Source: Candidatus Electronema halotolerans
GTDB lineage: Bacteria; Desulfobacterota; Desulfobulbia; Desulfobulbales; Desulfobulbaceae
Assembly: GCA_942493095.1 (NCBI GenBank)
Contig: OW818675.1
Location: forward strand, 210,001 to 242,000
Reading direction: 5' to 3'
Length of the DNA: 32,000 nucleotides
Of this stretch, positions 9,038 to 18,249 are shown in pieces. The stretch's first letter is position 1; each line of letters opens with the position of its first letter. The translations under genes and the position numbers were made by a program. A model generated the notes under the pieces. The model had not been told where the DNA came from and did not search any database. It worked only from the letters and a program-made list of their open reading frames with translations.

Positions 9038-10147
9038 ATGCTTGCTCATATAATTGTTGATGATAAATTTATTGATAGTGGGTTAAATCAATTTGAAATT
9101 GCCGCCCCAAATCAGAATATTCCTATTTTTATAGGAAAAAAATGTGATCTTAATTATGTGAGAAACAAAGATGTTTTATTTATGGATAACGCACAAATAC
9201 AGAAATTTGTACGTTCAGATAAATGTTCAGCGATAATTTTTCATTCGCTTCCTAATATTTTTTTGCCTATCATTAAGTATGCGCCTAACCATATAAAAAA
9301 AATATGGTTAGGCTGGGGATATGATTATTATAATCGTTTATTATCCTCAGCCTTTCCTGACGGATTTTATCTTGACGGAACAAAATCACTTATGGTAAAA
9401 AAAATAATCCAAAGATTTGCGCATCGAACTAAACTGTCAATAAAAAATTTGCTAAAAAATGACAACAATTTGTTAAGTCAAATTGATTATTTTATCCCTG
9501 TTATTGACCTTGAATATAAACTTGTAGCTGAGCTGAATCCTTGGTTTAAGGCGAAATATATCTGTTGGAATTATGGAAGTGCTGAGGAAAATTTGCTATC
9601 AGATAATAAATACGATGATATAGGTGACGATATATTGGTCGGAAATAGTGCTTCAGCTACGAATAATCATCTTGATACATTTATTTTATTGAAAAATAAT
9701 TTTGATATTGAAAATAGAAAAATAATTGTTCCATTAAGCTATGGGGATACTTGGTACAGAGATCAAATTATAAAAAACGGGCGGCGTATGTTTGGAGATA
9801 AATTTGTTCCCATTGTAAATTTTCTGCCAAAAAATGAATATATTGATTTGTTAAATCGGTGTGGCTATGTATTCATGAATCATCTGCGACAGCAAGCACT
9901 TGGAAATATTTGTATTATGATGTTAAAAGGAGCAAGAATATATTTAAATTCGGTAAATCCATTATACAGATGGTTTATAGATAGAGAGGGAATTGTAAAT
10001 AATATTTATGATGATAATATCATGGAGCCTTTAAATGCAATCCAAAGAAAAAATAACATTGATATTGTGATGAATTTTTGCAGCATGAAAGTTCAACGTG
10101 CTAAAACACGTCATCTTGTTGATATTGCGTTTGGTAAAGAAATATGA
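9038..10147 (+). CDS. GT56 (WecF-like) 4-acetamido-4,6-dideoxyhexose (Fuc4NAc-type) transferase family protein
   Basis: The 369-aa length matches WecF (about 359 aa). ILVGNSASATNNH...IIVPLSYG...HLRQQALGNICIMMLKGARIYLN parallels E. coli WecF ILVGNSGDRSNEH...VVVPMGYP...RQQGIGTLCLLIQAG, which I am recalling from memory. Confidence 0.65.
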   Translation: MLAHIIVDDKFIDSGLNQFEIAAPNQNIPIFIGKKCDLNYVRNKDVLFMDNAQIQKFVRSDKCSAIIFHSLPNIFLPIIKYAPNHIKKIWLGWGYDYYNRLLSSAFPDGFYLDGTKSLMVKKIIQRFAHRTKLSIKNLLKNDNNLLSQIDYFIPVIDLEYKLVAELNPWFKAKYICWNYGSAEENLLSDNKYDDIGDDILVGNSASATNNHLDTFILLKNNFDIENRKIIVPLSYGDTWYRDQIIKNGRRMFGDKFVPIVNFLPKNEYIDLLNRCGYVFMNHLRQQALGNICIMMLKGARIYLNSVNPLYRWFIDREGIVNNIYDDNIMEPLNAIQRKNNIDIVMNFCSMKVQRAKTRHLVDIAFGKEI

Positions 10148-10839
10148 AACAGCATCTCCCCTTTTCTCATTCAAACAACAAATTTCACAATTGGCTTGTT
10201 TATGAAATAAATTATATGTTTTTAAATAAATTCAGCAAGAAGTTTAAAGGTCACCTGTACGATCTTGGCTGCGGTGAAATGCCTTATCGAGAATGGCTGC
10301 TGAATTATGCAGATTCTTACACAGGGGTTGATTGGTCAAACACACTGCATAATTTTAAAGCTGACATTGCTGCGAATCTAAACGAACCTCTGCCTATTGA
10401 AAGCGAACAGGCGGATACAGTTGTATCATTTTCTGTGATGGAACATTTGCGAGAGCCGCAGTTGTTTCTGAATGAAAGTTATCGTATTCTTAAACATGGC
10501 GGAAGGATGATTCTCCAAGTGCCCTTTATGTGGTGGGTGCATGAAGAACCTTGCGATTATTTCCGCTATACCCGATATGGGTTAAAATATATGTTTGAGA
10601 AGGCTGGTTTTGCCGATATCGAAGTCTATCCAACATCAGGTTTCTGGACTGTTTGGATACTCAAATTCAATTATCAATCAACACGGCTTATTCGCGGCCC
10701 TTGGCCGGTTCGTAATTTTATGGCCATCATCATGCGTTTGATTTGGGCTGTTGATCAGCGGGTTGCGCCGTGGTTAGACAATTATTGGAAATGTGAGCAA
10801 GAAACGGGTGGCTATTTCGTGGTTGCTCAAAAAATATGA
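10144..10839 (+). CDS. Class I SAM-dependent methyltransferase
   Basis: LYDLGCGEMPY is motif I, followed by VVSFSVMEHL and HGGRMILQVP. ATGA overlaps occur at both ends of the gene. Confidence 0.8.
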   Translation: MKQHLPFSHSNNKFHNWLVYEINYMFLNKFSKKFKGHLYDLGCGEMPYREWLLNYADSYTGVDWSNTLHNFKADIAANLNEPLPIESEQADTVVSFSVMEHLREPQLFLNESYRILKHGGRMILQVPFMWWVHEEPCDYFRYTRYGLKYMFEKAGFADIEVYPTSGFWTVWILKFNYQSTRLIRGPWPVRNFMAIIMRLIWAVDQRVAPWLDNYWKCEQETGGYFVVAQKI

Positions 10840-12281
10840 GCCTTAAACATAAAACGTTTTCAGCAGTCCGTTGGACAACACTTGCTTCTGTTGCCCGCAC
10901 GATAGTGCAACTCGCTCAAGTTTCAATATTGGCCAGACTGCTTAAACCCGAAGACTACGGTCTTATGGCAATGGTCGGGGTTGTGCTGAGTTTCGCAGCT
11001 TTGTTTACTGATTTAGGACTTAACAGTGCCTACATACAGAAACAAGATGTCACTCTTGAGCAACGCTCCAGTTTGTTCTGGTTGAATTTTGCTATGGGCG
11101 TTGGTTTAACTTTGCTGGTCATAGTGATCAGTCCACTGCTTGCATGGTTTTTTGGAGATAGCCGTTTAACACCTCTTTTGATGTTGAGCAGTTTAACCTT
11201 CATCATTACTTCAGCAGGGCAACAGGTTCGTATGACAGCGGAAAAAAATCTGAATTTTAGACCTGTTGTCATCACGGAAATTGTTGCCGCTGTTTTTGGT
11301 CTTTTAATCGCAGTTAGTGCCGCATTAGCTGATTTTGGTGTTTATTCGTTGATTCTCGGCAGTATTACTACAGCATTTGCAGCAACCCTGCTGGGTTGGA
11401 TTGTTATTGCACAAGGGTGGCGGCCATATTGGCAGTTCAGATTTACAGATGTGAAACCATATATCAGATTTGGCGGAGCGGTAGTGGCAGATGCTGTTTT
11501 TAACAATATAAACAGAAGTATTGACTTGCTGCTGGGAGGAAGGTTGCTGGCGGCGCCACAGCTTGGGCTATATAGTGTGCCACGTAATTTGATTCTACAG
11601 ATTCAATTTATGGTGAACCCGATTATCACGAGAGTCGGATTTCCGCTTATTGCACAAGTGCAACATGATATTCCGCGTGTGCGTTTGATTTATCTTAACA
11701 CGTTGAATATGACAGCCTCTGTCAATGCGCCTCTTTACATGGGTCTTGCATTCTTTGCTCCTGACGCTGTGCATGTCCTGCTTGGCAATAAATGGACAGG
11801 TTCTGTTGATTTTCTGCGCATTTTGGCAATATGGGGATTTCTGCGATCAACTGGCAATCCAATAGGCAGTTTGCTTATGGGTATGGGAAGAGCAGGTCTT
11901 GCGATGAAGTGGAATTTCACACTGCTTTTCATTATTTCGCCTGCTCTTTGGGTAGGTTCTTATATAGGTGGAGCAGAAGGGCTGGCTTGGGCAATGCTCA
12001 TCACTATGAGTGTTATATTGATTCCAGGATGGTATATATTGATTCGACCACTTTGCCAAGCAAGTTTATTTGAATACTTATCAGCTACGTTTAAACCGTT
12101 GTTAATTGCCATTGGCTCGGTTGGTGCTGTATATTTGATTTGCAGGCATATTGAACTGCCTTTGTTGCGTTTGGCAACTGGTATTGCATTATCTGTGCCA
12201 TTGTATTGGATAATCAGCTACAAATATAATCGCGACTGGATAGATTCGATGTTAAATCTTATAAAAATACGAAGTTTATAA
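10836..12281 (+). CDS. wzx: Wzx-type oligosaccharide flippase (MOP/PST family)
   Basis: The 481-aa protein is hydrophobic throughout, with about 12-14 helical segments. The N-terminus SAVRWTTLASVARTIVQLAQVSILARLLKPEDYG is typical of polysaccharide-biosynthesis flippases. Confidence 0.85.
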   Translation: MSLKHKTFSAVRWTTLASVARTIVQLAQVSILARLLKPEDYGLMAMVGVVLSFAALFTDLGLNSAYIQKQDVTLEQRSSLFWLNFAMGVGLTLLVIVISPLLAWFFGDSRLTPLLMLSSLTFIITSAGQQVRMTAEKNLNFRPVVITEIVAAVFGLLIAVSAALADFGVYSLILGSITTAFAATLLGWIVIAQGWRPYWQFRFTDVKPYIRFGGAVVADAVFNNINRSIDLLLGGRLLAAPQLGLYSVPRNLILQIQFMVNPIITRVGFPLIAQVQHDIPRVRLIYLNTLNMTASVNAPLYMGLAFFAPDAVHVLLGNKWTGSVDFLRILAIWGFLRSTGNPIGSLLMGMGRAGLAMKWNFTLLFIISPALWVGSYIGGAEGLAWAMLITMSVILIPGWYILIRPLCQASLFEYLSATFKPLLIAIGSVGAVYLICRHIELPLLRLATGIALSVPLYWIISYKYNRDWIDSMLNLIKIRSL

Positions 12282-12333
12282 AAATACGAGTAATTGATAA
12301 AATTATATATTTGTACAATCTATAATTTTTTTT

Positions 12334-12534
12334 AGTAACTACTCAGCCACCGGATGTAGATTTATTTACGACTGAAACCACTGCATGTTGTATTTTTATG
12401 CAAAATAAGCTTGTTTTCTGGTAGCTTGGAAGTCCTGTTTTTCACCTGATTTCTTCGTGTTTTTCAGATAAAAACACAATATGTTGTGGTTTAAACGGTT
12501 CTATGTGTCGCTATTTAGTGGCTGAGTAGTTACT
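12334..12534. repeat. Perfect 17-bp inverted repeat (AGTAACTACTCAGCCAC / GTGGCTGAGTAGTTACT) enclosing 167 bp, flanked by T-runs; possible MITE-like element or long-range RNA stem
   Basis: Read directly from the sequence. The left arm is 12334-12350 and the right arm is 12518-12534, and they are exact reverse complements. T8 lies immediately outside the left arm (12326-12333) and T6 immediately outside the right arm (12535-12540). An internal 8-bp hairpin GTGTTTTT-cagat-AAAAACAC lies at 12457-12477. Confidence 0.6.
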
Positions 12535-12551
12535 TTTTTTAAACATAAAGC

Positions 12552-13808
12552 ATGTATAGAATATTACATATAGTTGGAGGAGAATTAAATGGAGGTGCTG
12601 CTCGAGGTGCGTATTGGCTGCATCTCGGCCTGAAGCGGCTTGGAGTTGATTCAAAAATACTGACGAACAGTTTTGATACGCTTGGAGATAAAGATGTTAT
12701 AACCGTTGCAGACTCTACAAAAAATAAGATTAAAGTAAAATTTTATTCTCATTTAGATGCTCTGCCAGTCAGTCTCTACAGAAATCGAAAGGAGATTATT
12801 TTTAGCACTGGATTTGCAGGAGGAAATATTTTCAATACTGACATTTTAAAAGATATTGACATTGTTCATTTGCATTGGATTAATGCTGGTTTTGTCAATA
12901 TCAAATACTTATCTTGTATTAAAAAGCCCATTGTCTGGACTATGCGTGATATGTGGCCTATGACCGGAGGGTGCCACTATACGATGGGCTGCAACTCATA
13001 TAGCTCAAATTGTGGACAATGCCCTCAACTTGGAAGTAAATTATCTTTTGATATATCATCATTAATAATTGCTCGCAAAAAAAAATATTTCCCAAAGACT
13101 ATCAAATTAGTAGGTATTAGTTCATGGCTAAGTGAATGTGCACAGCAGAGCAGTCTCTTTCATGAATTTGATATACAAACTATTTCTAATAATATTGATA
13201 CTACTCAGTTTTTTCCTGTCGACAAAATTGTCGCGCGAAATATTCTCGGAATTCCGCAGGATGTTAAGGTGATACTCGCAGGAGCAACAAATCTGGAGAA
13301 CTTTTACAAAGGTTTTGATAAGTTTCTTGCTGCAATAACCTACTTGCCCAACGATAAAATTCATGTTGTATTTCTTGGCACCTTGTCCCAAGGTGCTCTT
13401 AAAAAGATTAATTTTCCTTGTACAAACCTTGGATATTTGCATGATACGGTATCTCTTCGTATTGCCTATTCGGCTGCTGATGTTTTTGTAGCTCCTTCAA
13501 TAATGGATGCTTTTGGAAAAACATTAGCTGAAGCAATGAGCTGTGGAACTCCAACAGTCTGCTTTGATGCTACAGGACCAAAGGATATTGTTGATCATAA
13601 ACAGAATGGTTTTCGCGCAAAGCCATTTGACCCAAAAGATTTAGCGTATGGTATCCAGTGGCTGCTTCATCAAGATGAACAACAATATAGAAAAATATCC
13701 GATAATGCCAAAGAAAAAGTTAAAAAATATTTCGATAATTATGTGATTGCAAAAAGATATAAAAAATTATATTCTTCAATTTTAGAAGCAGAGCATTCCC
13801 ATTGTTGA
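12552..13808 (+). CDS. GT4-family (GT-B) glycosyltransferase
   Basis: The 418-aa ORF starts [19 protein letters not shown] and has the C-terminal donor-binding block [34 protein letters not shown]. Confidence 0.85.
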   Translation: MYRILHIVGGELNGGAARGAYWLHLGLKRLGVDSKILTNSFDTLGDKDVITVADSTKNKIKVKFYSHLDALPVSLYRNRKEIIFSTGFAGGNIFNTDILKDIDIVHLHWINAGFVNIKYLSCIKKPIVWTMRDMWPMTGGCHYTMGCNSYSSNCGQCPQLGSKLSFDISSLIIARKKKYFPKTIKLVGISSWLSECAQQSSLFHEFDIQTISNNIDTTQFFPVDKIVARNILGIPQDVKVILAGATNLENFYKGFDKFLAAITYLPNDKIHVVFLGTLSQGALKKINFPCTNLGYLHDTVSLRIAYSAADVFVAPSIMDAFGKTLAEAMSCGTPTVCFDATGPKDIVDHKQNGFRAKPFDPKDLAYGIQWLLHQDEQQYRKISDNAKEKVKKYFDNYVIAKRYKKLYSSILEAEHSHC

Positions 13809-13818
13809 CAGATTAATA

Positions 13819-14937
13819 ATGAAAAAAGCCCTAATCACCGGCATCACCGGCCAAGATGGTTCCTATCTCGCAGAATTTTTGCTGGACAAAGGCTATCAAG
13901 TTCATGGCATCAAACGCCGGGCCTCATCCTTTAACACCCAGAGGATAGATCACATCTATCAAGACCCGCATGTTGTGCAACAACATTTTGTTCTGCATTA
14001 TGGCGATTTAACGGATTCATCAAATCTGACCCGCATCATTCAAGAAGTGCAGCCAGACGAAGTCTATAATCTTGGTGCGCAGTCCCATGTGGCGGTGAGT
14101 TTTGAATCACCAGAATATACGGCTGATGTTGATGCAATGGGAACACTGCGCCTGCTGGAGGCAATTCGTTTCCTTGGCTTAGAAAAGAAAACCCGTTTTT
14201 ATCAAGCATCCACTTCCGAACTGTTTGGTCTGGTGCAAGAAACGCCGCAGAGAGAAACCACGCCATTTTATCCGCGCTCACCTTACGCTGTAGCCAAACT
14301 CTATGCTTACTGGATTACGATCAACTACCGCGAGGCTTACAAGATGTATGCCTGCAATGGCATCCTGTTCAACCATGAATCGCCGCGCCGGGGTGAGACA
14401 TTTGTTACCCGTAAAATCACGAGAGGGCTGGCGAACATCGCCCAAGGCTTGGAACATTGCCTGTACATGGGTAACATGGATGCTCTACGCGACTGGGGTC
14501 ATGCCAAAGACTATGTACGAATGCAGTGGCTGATGCTGCAACAGGAACAACCAGAAGATTTTGTTATTGCCACTGGTGTGCAGCACAGTGTGCGCGATTT
14601 CATCCGCTGGTCGGCGCAGGAGTTAGGCATTGAGCTGCGTTTTGAAGGGCAAGGTCTCGATGAACGTGCAAAGGTTGTAGGTATCTCTGGTGACAACGCT
14701 CCTGCGGTGAAAGCAGGCGATGTGCTGGTGCGAGTCGATCCGCGTTATTTCCGTCCGACAGAGGTAGAAACATTATTAGGCGATCCATGCAGAGCCAAGC
14801 AGCTCCTTGGCTGGACACCGGAAATCACGGTGCAGGAGATGTGTGCCGAAATGGTGGCTGAAGATCTAAAAATTGCGCAACGTCACGCCCTGCTCAAACA
14901 GCATGGTTATGATCTGCCTGTAGCCACAGAGAATTAA
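13819..14937 (+). CDS. gmd: GDP-mannose 4,6-dehydratase
   Basis: It carries [50 protein letters not shown] (YxxxK) and [17 protein letters not shown]. These are near-invariant Gmd blocks. Confidence 0.95.
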   Translation: MKKALITGITGQDGSYLAEFLLDKGYQVHGIKRRASSFNTQRIDHIYQDPHVVQQHFVLHYGDLTDSSNLTRIIQEVQPDEVYNLGAQSHVAVSFESPEYTADVDAMGTLRLLEAIRFLGLEKKTRFYQASTSELFGLVQETPQRETTPFYPRSPYAVAKLYAYWITINYREAYKMYACNGILFNHESPRRGETFVTRKITRGLANIAQGLEHCLYMGNMDALRDWGHAKDYVRMQWLMLQQEQPEDFVIATGVQHSVRDFIRWSAQELGIELRFEGQGLDERAKVVGISGDNAPAVKAGDVLVRVDPRYFRPTEVETLLGDPCRAKQLLGWTPEITVQEMCAEMVAEDLKIAQRHALLKQHGYDLPVATEN

Positions 14938-14938
14938 C

Positions 14939-15919
14939 ATGGCTGAACTATTTGCACTGAATCCAGAGTACAGCACGACTCGGCTTGTAACTCGTGAAGT
15001 ACCGACAATAGAAGAGCCACCTGATGCGGCTTTCGAGACTGTGCTGTTTTTGCCAGAGGGTGAAGGACGAAAAGGCGAAGGTGGATTGCGCACCAAAGGT
15101 TATTTTAAGCGCAGCCTGCCTGATAAACCTTTGATTACGGTGATTACGGTTGTGTTTAATGGGGCGAAACATCTGGAGCAAGCTATTCTCAGTGTGATTG
15201 AGCAGACGCATGACAATGTAGAGTATATTGTCATTGATGGCGGATCGACGGATGGGACACTGGATATTATACGCAAGTATGAACATGCTATTGATTATTG
15301 GGTAAGCGAAAAGGATGGAGGCATTTATGATGCGATGAATAAAGGGTTAAAGCTGGCGAATGGTGATTATATTGGCATGTTGAATTCAGATGATTGGTTA
15401 TCAACAGAGGCCATCGGTCTTATATCTAAACATAAGCATGACAGCGTTGATTTTGTATATAGCAGTGTATTTATTACAAGTAAAGAAGGGAATGTTCTTT
15501 ATATAAAACTGCCTGAAGACACTGAAACAATCCCTTACAGAATGCCATTTCCACATCAAACATTTTATGCAAAAGCAAGTATATTCAAAAAAATTTATGG
15601 ATACGATACAAAATATAAACTTTCCGCTGATCTTGATATAGTATGGCGTGTAATTAAGGCAGGATTTAATGGAGTTCAAATACAACAACCAATGGCATAC
15701 TTCAGAGAGGGTGGTGCGAGTGGCGGCTTGATAACATTTATTGAAACGAGAAGTATTGCCTGCAAATATGGCATGGGAAATATAAAATCTTATTTTTTGC
15801 TTGTAGAATCATTACTAAAAGTAATGGCTATTAATCTTATTCATTTGCGTATAATAAATTTTATTCGTAATATTTTTGGCTCAAAAAAATATATTCCCTA
15901 TAATCGAAAAGAGATTTAA
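14939..15919 (+). CDS. GT2-family glycosyltransferase
   Basis: ITVITVVFNGAKHLEQAILSVIEQT, YIVIDGGSTDGT and LNSDDW (DxD) are present. A leader of about 60 aa precedes the GT2 domain. Confidence 0.85.
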   Translation: MAELFALNPEYSTTRLVTREVPTIEEPPDAAFETVLFLPEGEGRKGEGGLRTKGYFKRSLPDKPLITVITVVFNGAKHLEQAILSVIEQTHDNVEYIVIDGGSTDGTLDIIRKYEHAIDYWVSEKDGGIYDAMNKGLKLANGDYIGMLNSDDWLSTEAIGLISKHKHDSVDFVYSSVFITSKEGNVLYIKLPEDTETIPYRMPFPHQTFYAKASIFKKIYGYDTKYKLSADLDIVWRVIKAGFNGVQIQQPMAYFREGGASGGLITFIETRSIACKYGMGNIKSYFLLVESLLKVMAINLIHLRIINFIRNIFGSKKYIPYNRKEI

Positions 15920-17116
15920 ATGCAACAGCTTGCTTTTTTTTATGGATTATTTTTACCATTTACTAGTGTATTTGCGTTGTCTATGTGGATAAATTTACCG
16001 ATATTAATCGGGATGATAATATTTTTTCTATTAGCTATAAAAGGAAAGTATATTTTTAATAGATTTGATGTGATTGTTTTTATATTGTTTGTATCTCCAA
16101 TATTTTTTTCGGCAATTGTCAATATAGAGTACGCATCTGAAGAGAGATACAGAAATCATATTTTATCATATCTTACTGTTTATTTTTTATTTTATTTTGT
16201 TTCTAAAGAATTGTTGCGTAACTATATAGTTATATTTTTTCGTGGAATTGTATATGGCTTGTCGGTTTCGTTACTATTTGAATTTGTTGAATTTTTTATC
16301 GCGCAAACTCCTGTTGCTTATCAACTTGATAACATTCCACGTTTTGCTGTACAACAATATCAGCCACTATTTCATGGAATAGTACGTGCCAGATCTGTTG
16401 TTGAGGAGTCTGGACATTATGCTTTATACCTTGGAGTGATAGGTTCTCTCTCTCTCTGGTTTTTAGAGAGTAAAGGTATAAAAAAGTTTTCAAAAATTTT
16501 GAAAATGGGAATAATATTTGGGATATTATTAACTTTTAGTACAAGTGGAATAATATTTGGGATATTATCATTGTTTTTTGTTCAAGCAATATCAAGAACT
16601 AAAGTTTTAGTTAAAAAGATATCTTTTTTAATATCAACAATCATTTTTTTTGCAGCCATTTATTTCTTTTTTTTGAAATTCTATCAATTAAATTTAATCA
16701 ATCTATATATCGACAAAAAAGATACTATGGGCGGAAGAAAGGACTTTTTTTTGTTATCATTAGATTGCTATTTAAATTCTGATTATTTGAATTTGATGTT
16801 TGGACTTGGTCCGGGATATTATGATTATTTGAATCTTCCTTCTGTTATATCATTAACCGCATTGACTCTTTTTCAAACAGGCTTGATAGGTTTATTGATG
16901 TATATCATACTAATGATAGTAAGTTTAAAAAGAGTCAATCTTTTTCATAAAAAGCAACAATCTTTTTTTGTTTTTGCTATTTGTTTTTCATTTTTAGTAT
17001 ATAATGGCATTTCAAATTATTGGTACCCTTGGATATGGGTTTTGTTTGCTACGTTATCTATTGCACCAGAATTAGATGAGAGCAGAAGAATAAAAACATC
17101 AAAATTTGTTCTTTAA
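15920..17116 (+). CDS. wzy: Wzy-type O-antigen/repeat-unit polymerase (O-antigen ligase-like membrane protein)
   Basis: The 398-aa protein is very Phe/Ile/Leu-rich, with about 10 hydrophobic segments. The gene is extremely AT-rich (11 of 60 GC in the hand-counted sample 16021-16080). It sits among glycosyltransferases in a locus that also has wzx. The call is contextual; no strict motif was recognised. Confidence 0.6.
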   Translation: MQQLAFFYGLFLPFTSVFALSMWINLPILIGMIIFFLLAIKGKYIFNRFDVIVFILFVSPIFFSAIVNIEYASEERYRNHILSYLTVYFLFYFVSKELLRNYIVIFFRGIVYGLSVSLLFEFVEFFIAQTPVAYQLDNIPRFAVQQYQPLFHGIVRARSVVEESGHYALYLGVIGSLSLWFLESKGIKKFSKILKMGIIFGILLTFSTSGIIFGILSLFFVQAISRTKVLVKKISFLISTIIFFAAIYFFFLKFYQLNLINLYIDKKDTMGGRKDFFLLSLDCYLNSDYLNLMFGLGPGYYDYLNLPSVISLTALTLFQTGLIGLLMYIILMIVSLKRVNLFHKKQQSFFVFAICFSFLVYNGISNYWYPWIWVLFATLSIAPELDESRRIKTSKFVL

Positions 17117-17158
17117 TAGGTTGCAGCTATAAAAAATATTGATTGCTATGGATTATGT

Positions 17159-18247
17159 ATGAAACACAAAAATAATTTATTAATATTGCAAGTTATTTCC
17201 ACGCCAATCGGCGGTGGTGCGGAGGTGTTAGTGCGAGAATTGAACGATAAATTGTGCAACTATGGAATTGCAAGTGAAGCAATTTATTTTTCAGGAAAAG
17301 GTATTCATCTTCATGTTAATGAATCAGAATTGAAAATAGGCATAAGAAATCCATTTGCTATTTTAAAATTACGCAAGATATTTCGTTCAAAGATAGCTTC
17401 TTTTGACAAATTAATTATTCATGCTCACTTGACATGGCCATTTTTTTATGTAATATTTGCTGCCATTGGATTGGATATAAAACTTATTTTTACAGAACAT
17501 AACACATCAAATCGTCGTAGAAGAATTTATTTTTTTAAATATATAGAACGTATTTTTTATAGCCGTTATACATACATTGTATGTATAAGTCAAGGTGTTA
17601 AAAAATCATTAAAAAATTGGGTCGGTAAAAAATTATATACTCGTACACAGGTCATTTATAATGGAGCTTTCCTTTATAGATTAAAAGAAAAAAATTATTT
17701 ACCCAAGACTGTACGTTTTATTTCAGTTGGTTCTCTTGTAAAGAGAAAAGGCTTTGAAATATCATTAGCCACACTCTCTTTGCTGAAAGGAGTAGAGTGG
17801 AATTATACTATTCTTGGAGAAGGAGATGAAAGAAATCGGTTGTCTCACTTAGCAATACAGTTAAATATTCGCGATAAAGTTCATTTTGTTGGCTGGTCAA
17901 ATGAAGTAGAGAAGTATCTCCATGAAGCAGATATTCAACTTATTCCATCATTATGGGAAGGATTCGGATTGGTTGCTGTTGAAGGCATGTCAACAGGTTT
18001 GCCAATTGTTGCTTCAAATGTAGATGGATTACGTGAAGTTTTGGATAAAGACAACCATGCTGTTTTTTTAGTTGATGAAATAGATAACCCGCAATGTTGG
18101 GTTGAAAAGATAGAAAAATGTATCAGCAGGCTGAAAGAGTCGCCGGATTTATTAGCAGAATCATCACGCAGACAGGCAGAAAAATTCAGTTTGGATAAAA
18201 TGATTTGCAATTATGCTAATCTATATAAAAAGATAGGTGGAATTTAA
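17159..18247 (+). CDS. GT4-family glycosyltransferase
   Basis: EGFGLVAVEGMSTGLPIVASNVDGLREV is the EX7E-type donor-binding block. Confidence 0.85.
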   Translation: MKHKNNLLILQVISTPIGGGAEVLVRELNDKLCNYGIASEAIYFSGKGIHLHVNESELKIGIRNPFAILKLRKIFRSKIASFDKLIIHAHLTWPFFYVIFAAIGLDIKLIFTEHNTSNRRRRIYFFKYIERIFYSRYTYIVCISQGVKKSLKNWVGKKLYTRTQVIYNGAFLYRLKEKNYLPKTVRFISVGSLVKRKGFEISLATLSLLKGVEWNYTILGEGDERNRLSHLAIQLNIRDKVHFVGWSNEVEKYLHEADIQLIPSLWEGFGLVAVEGMSTGLPIVASNVDGLREVLDKDNHAVFLVDEIDNPQCWVEKIEKCISRLKESPDLLAESSRRQAEKFSLDKMICNYANLYKKIGGI

Positions 18248-18249
18248 AA

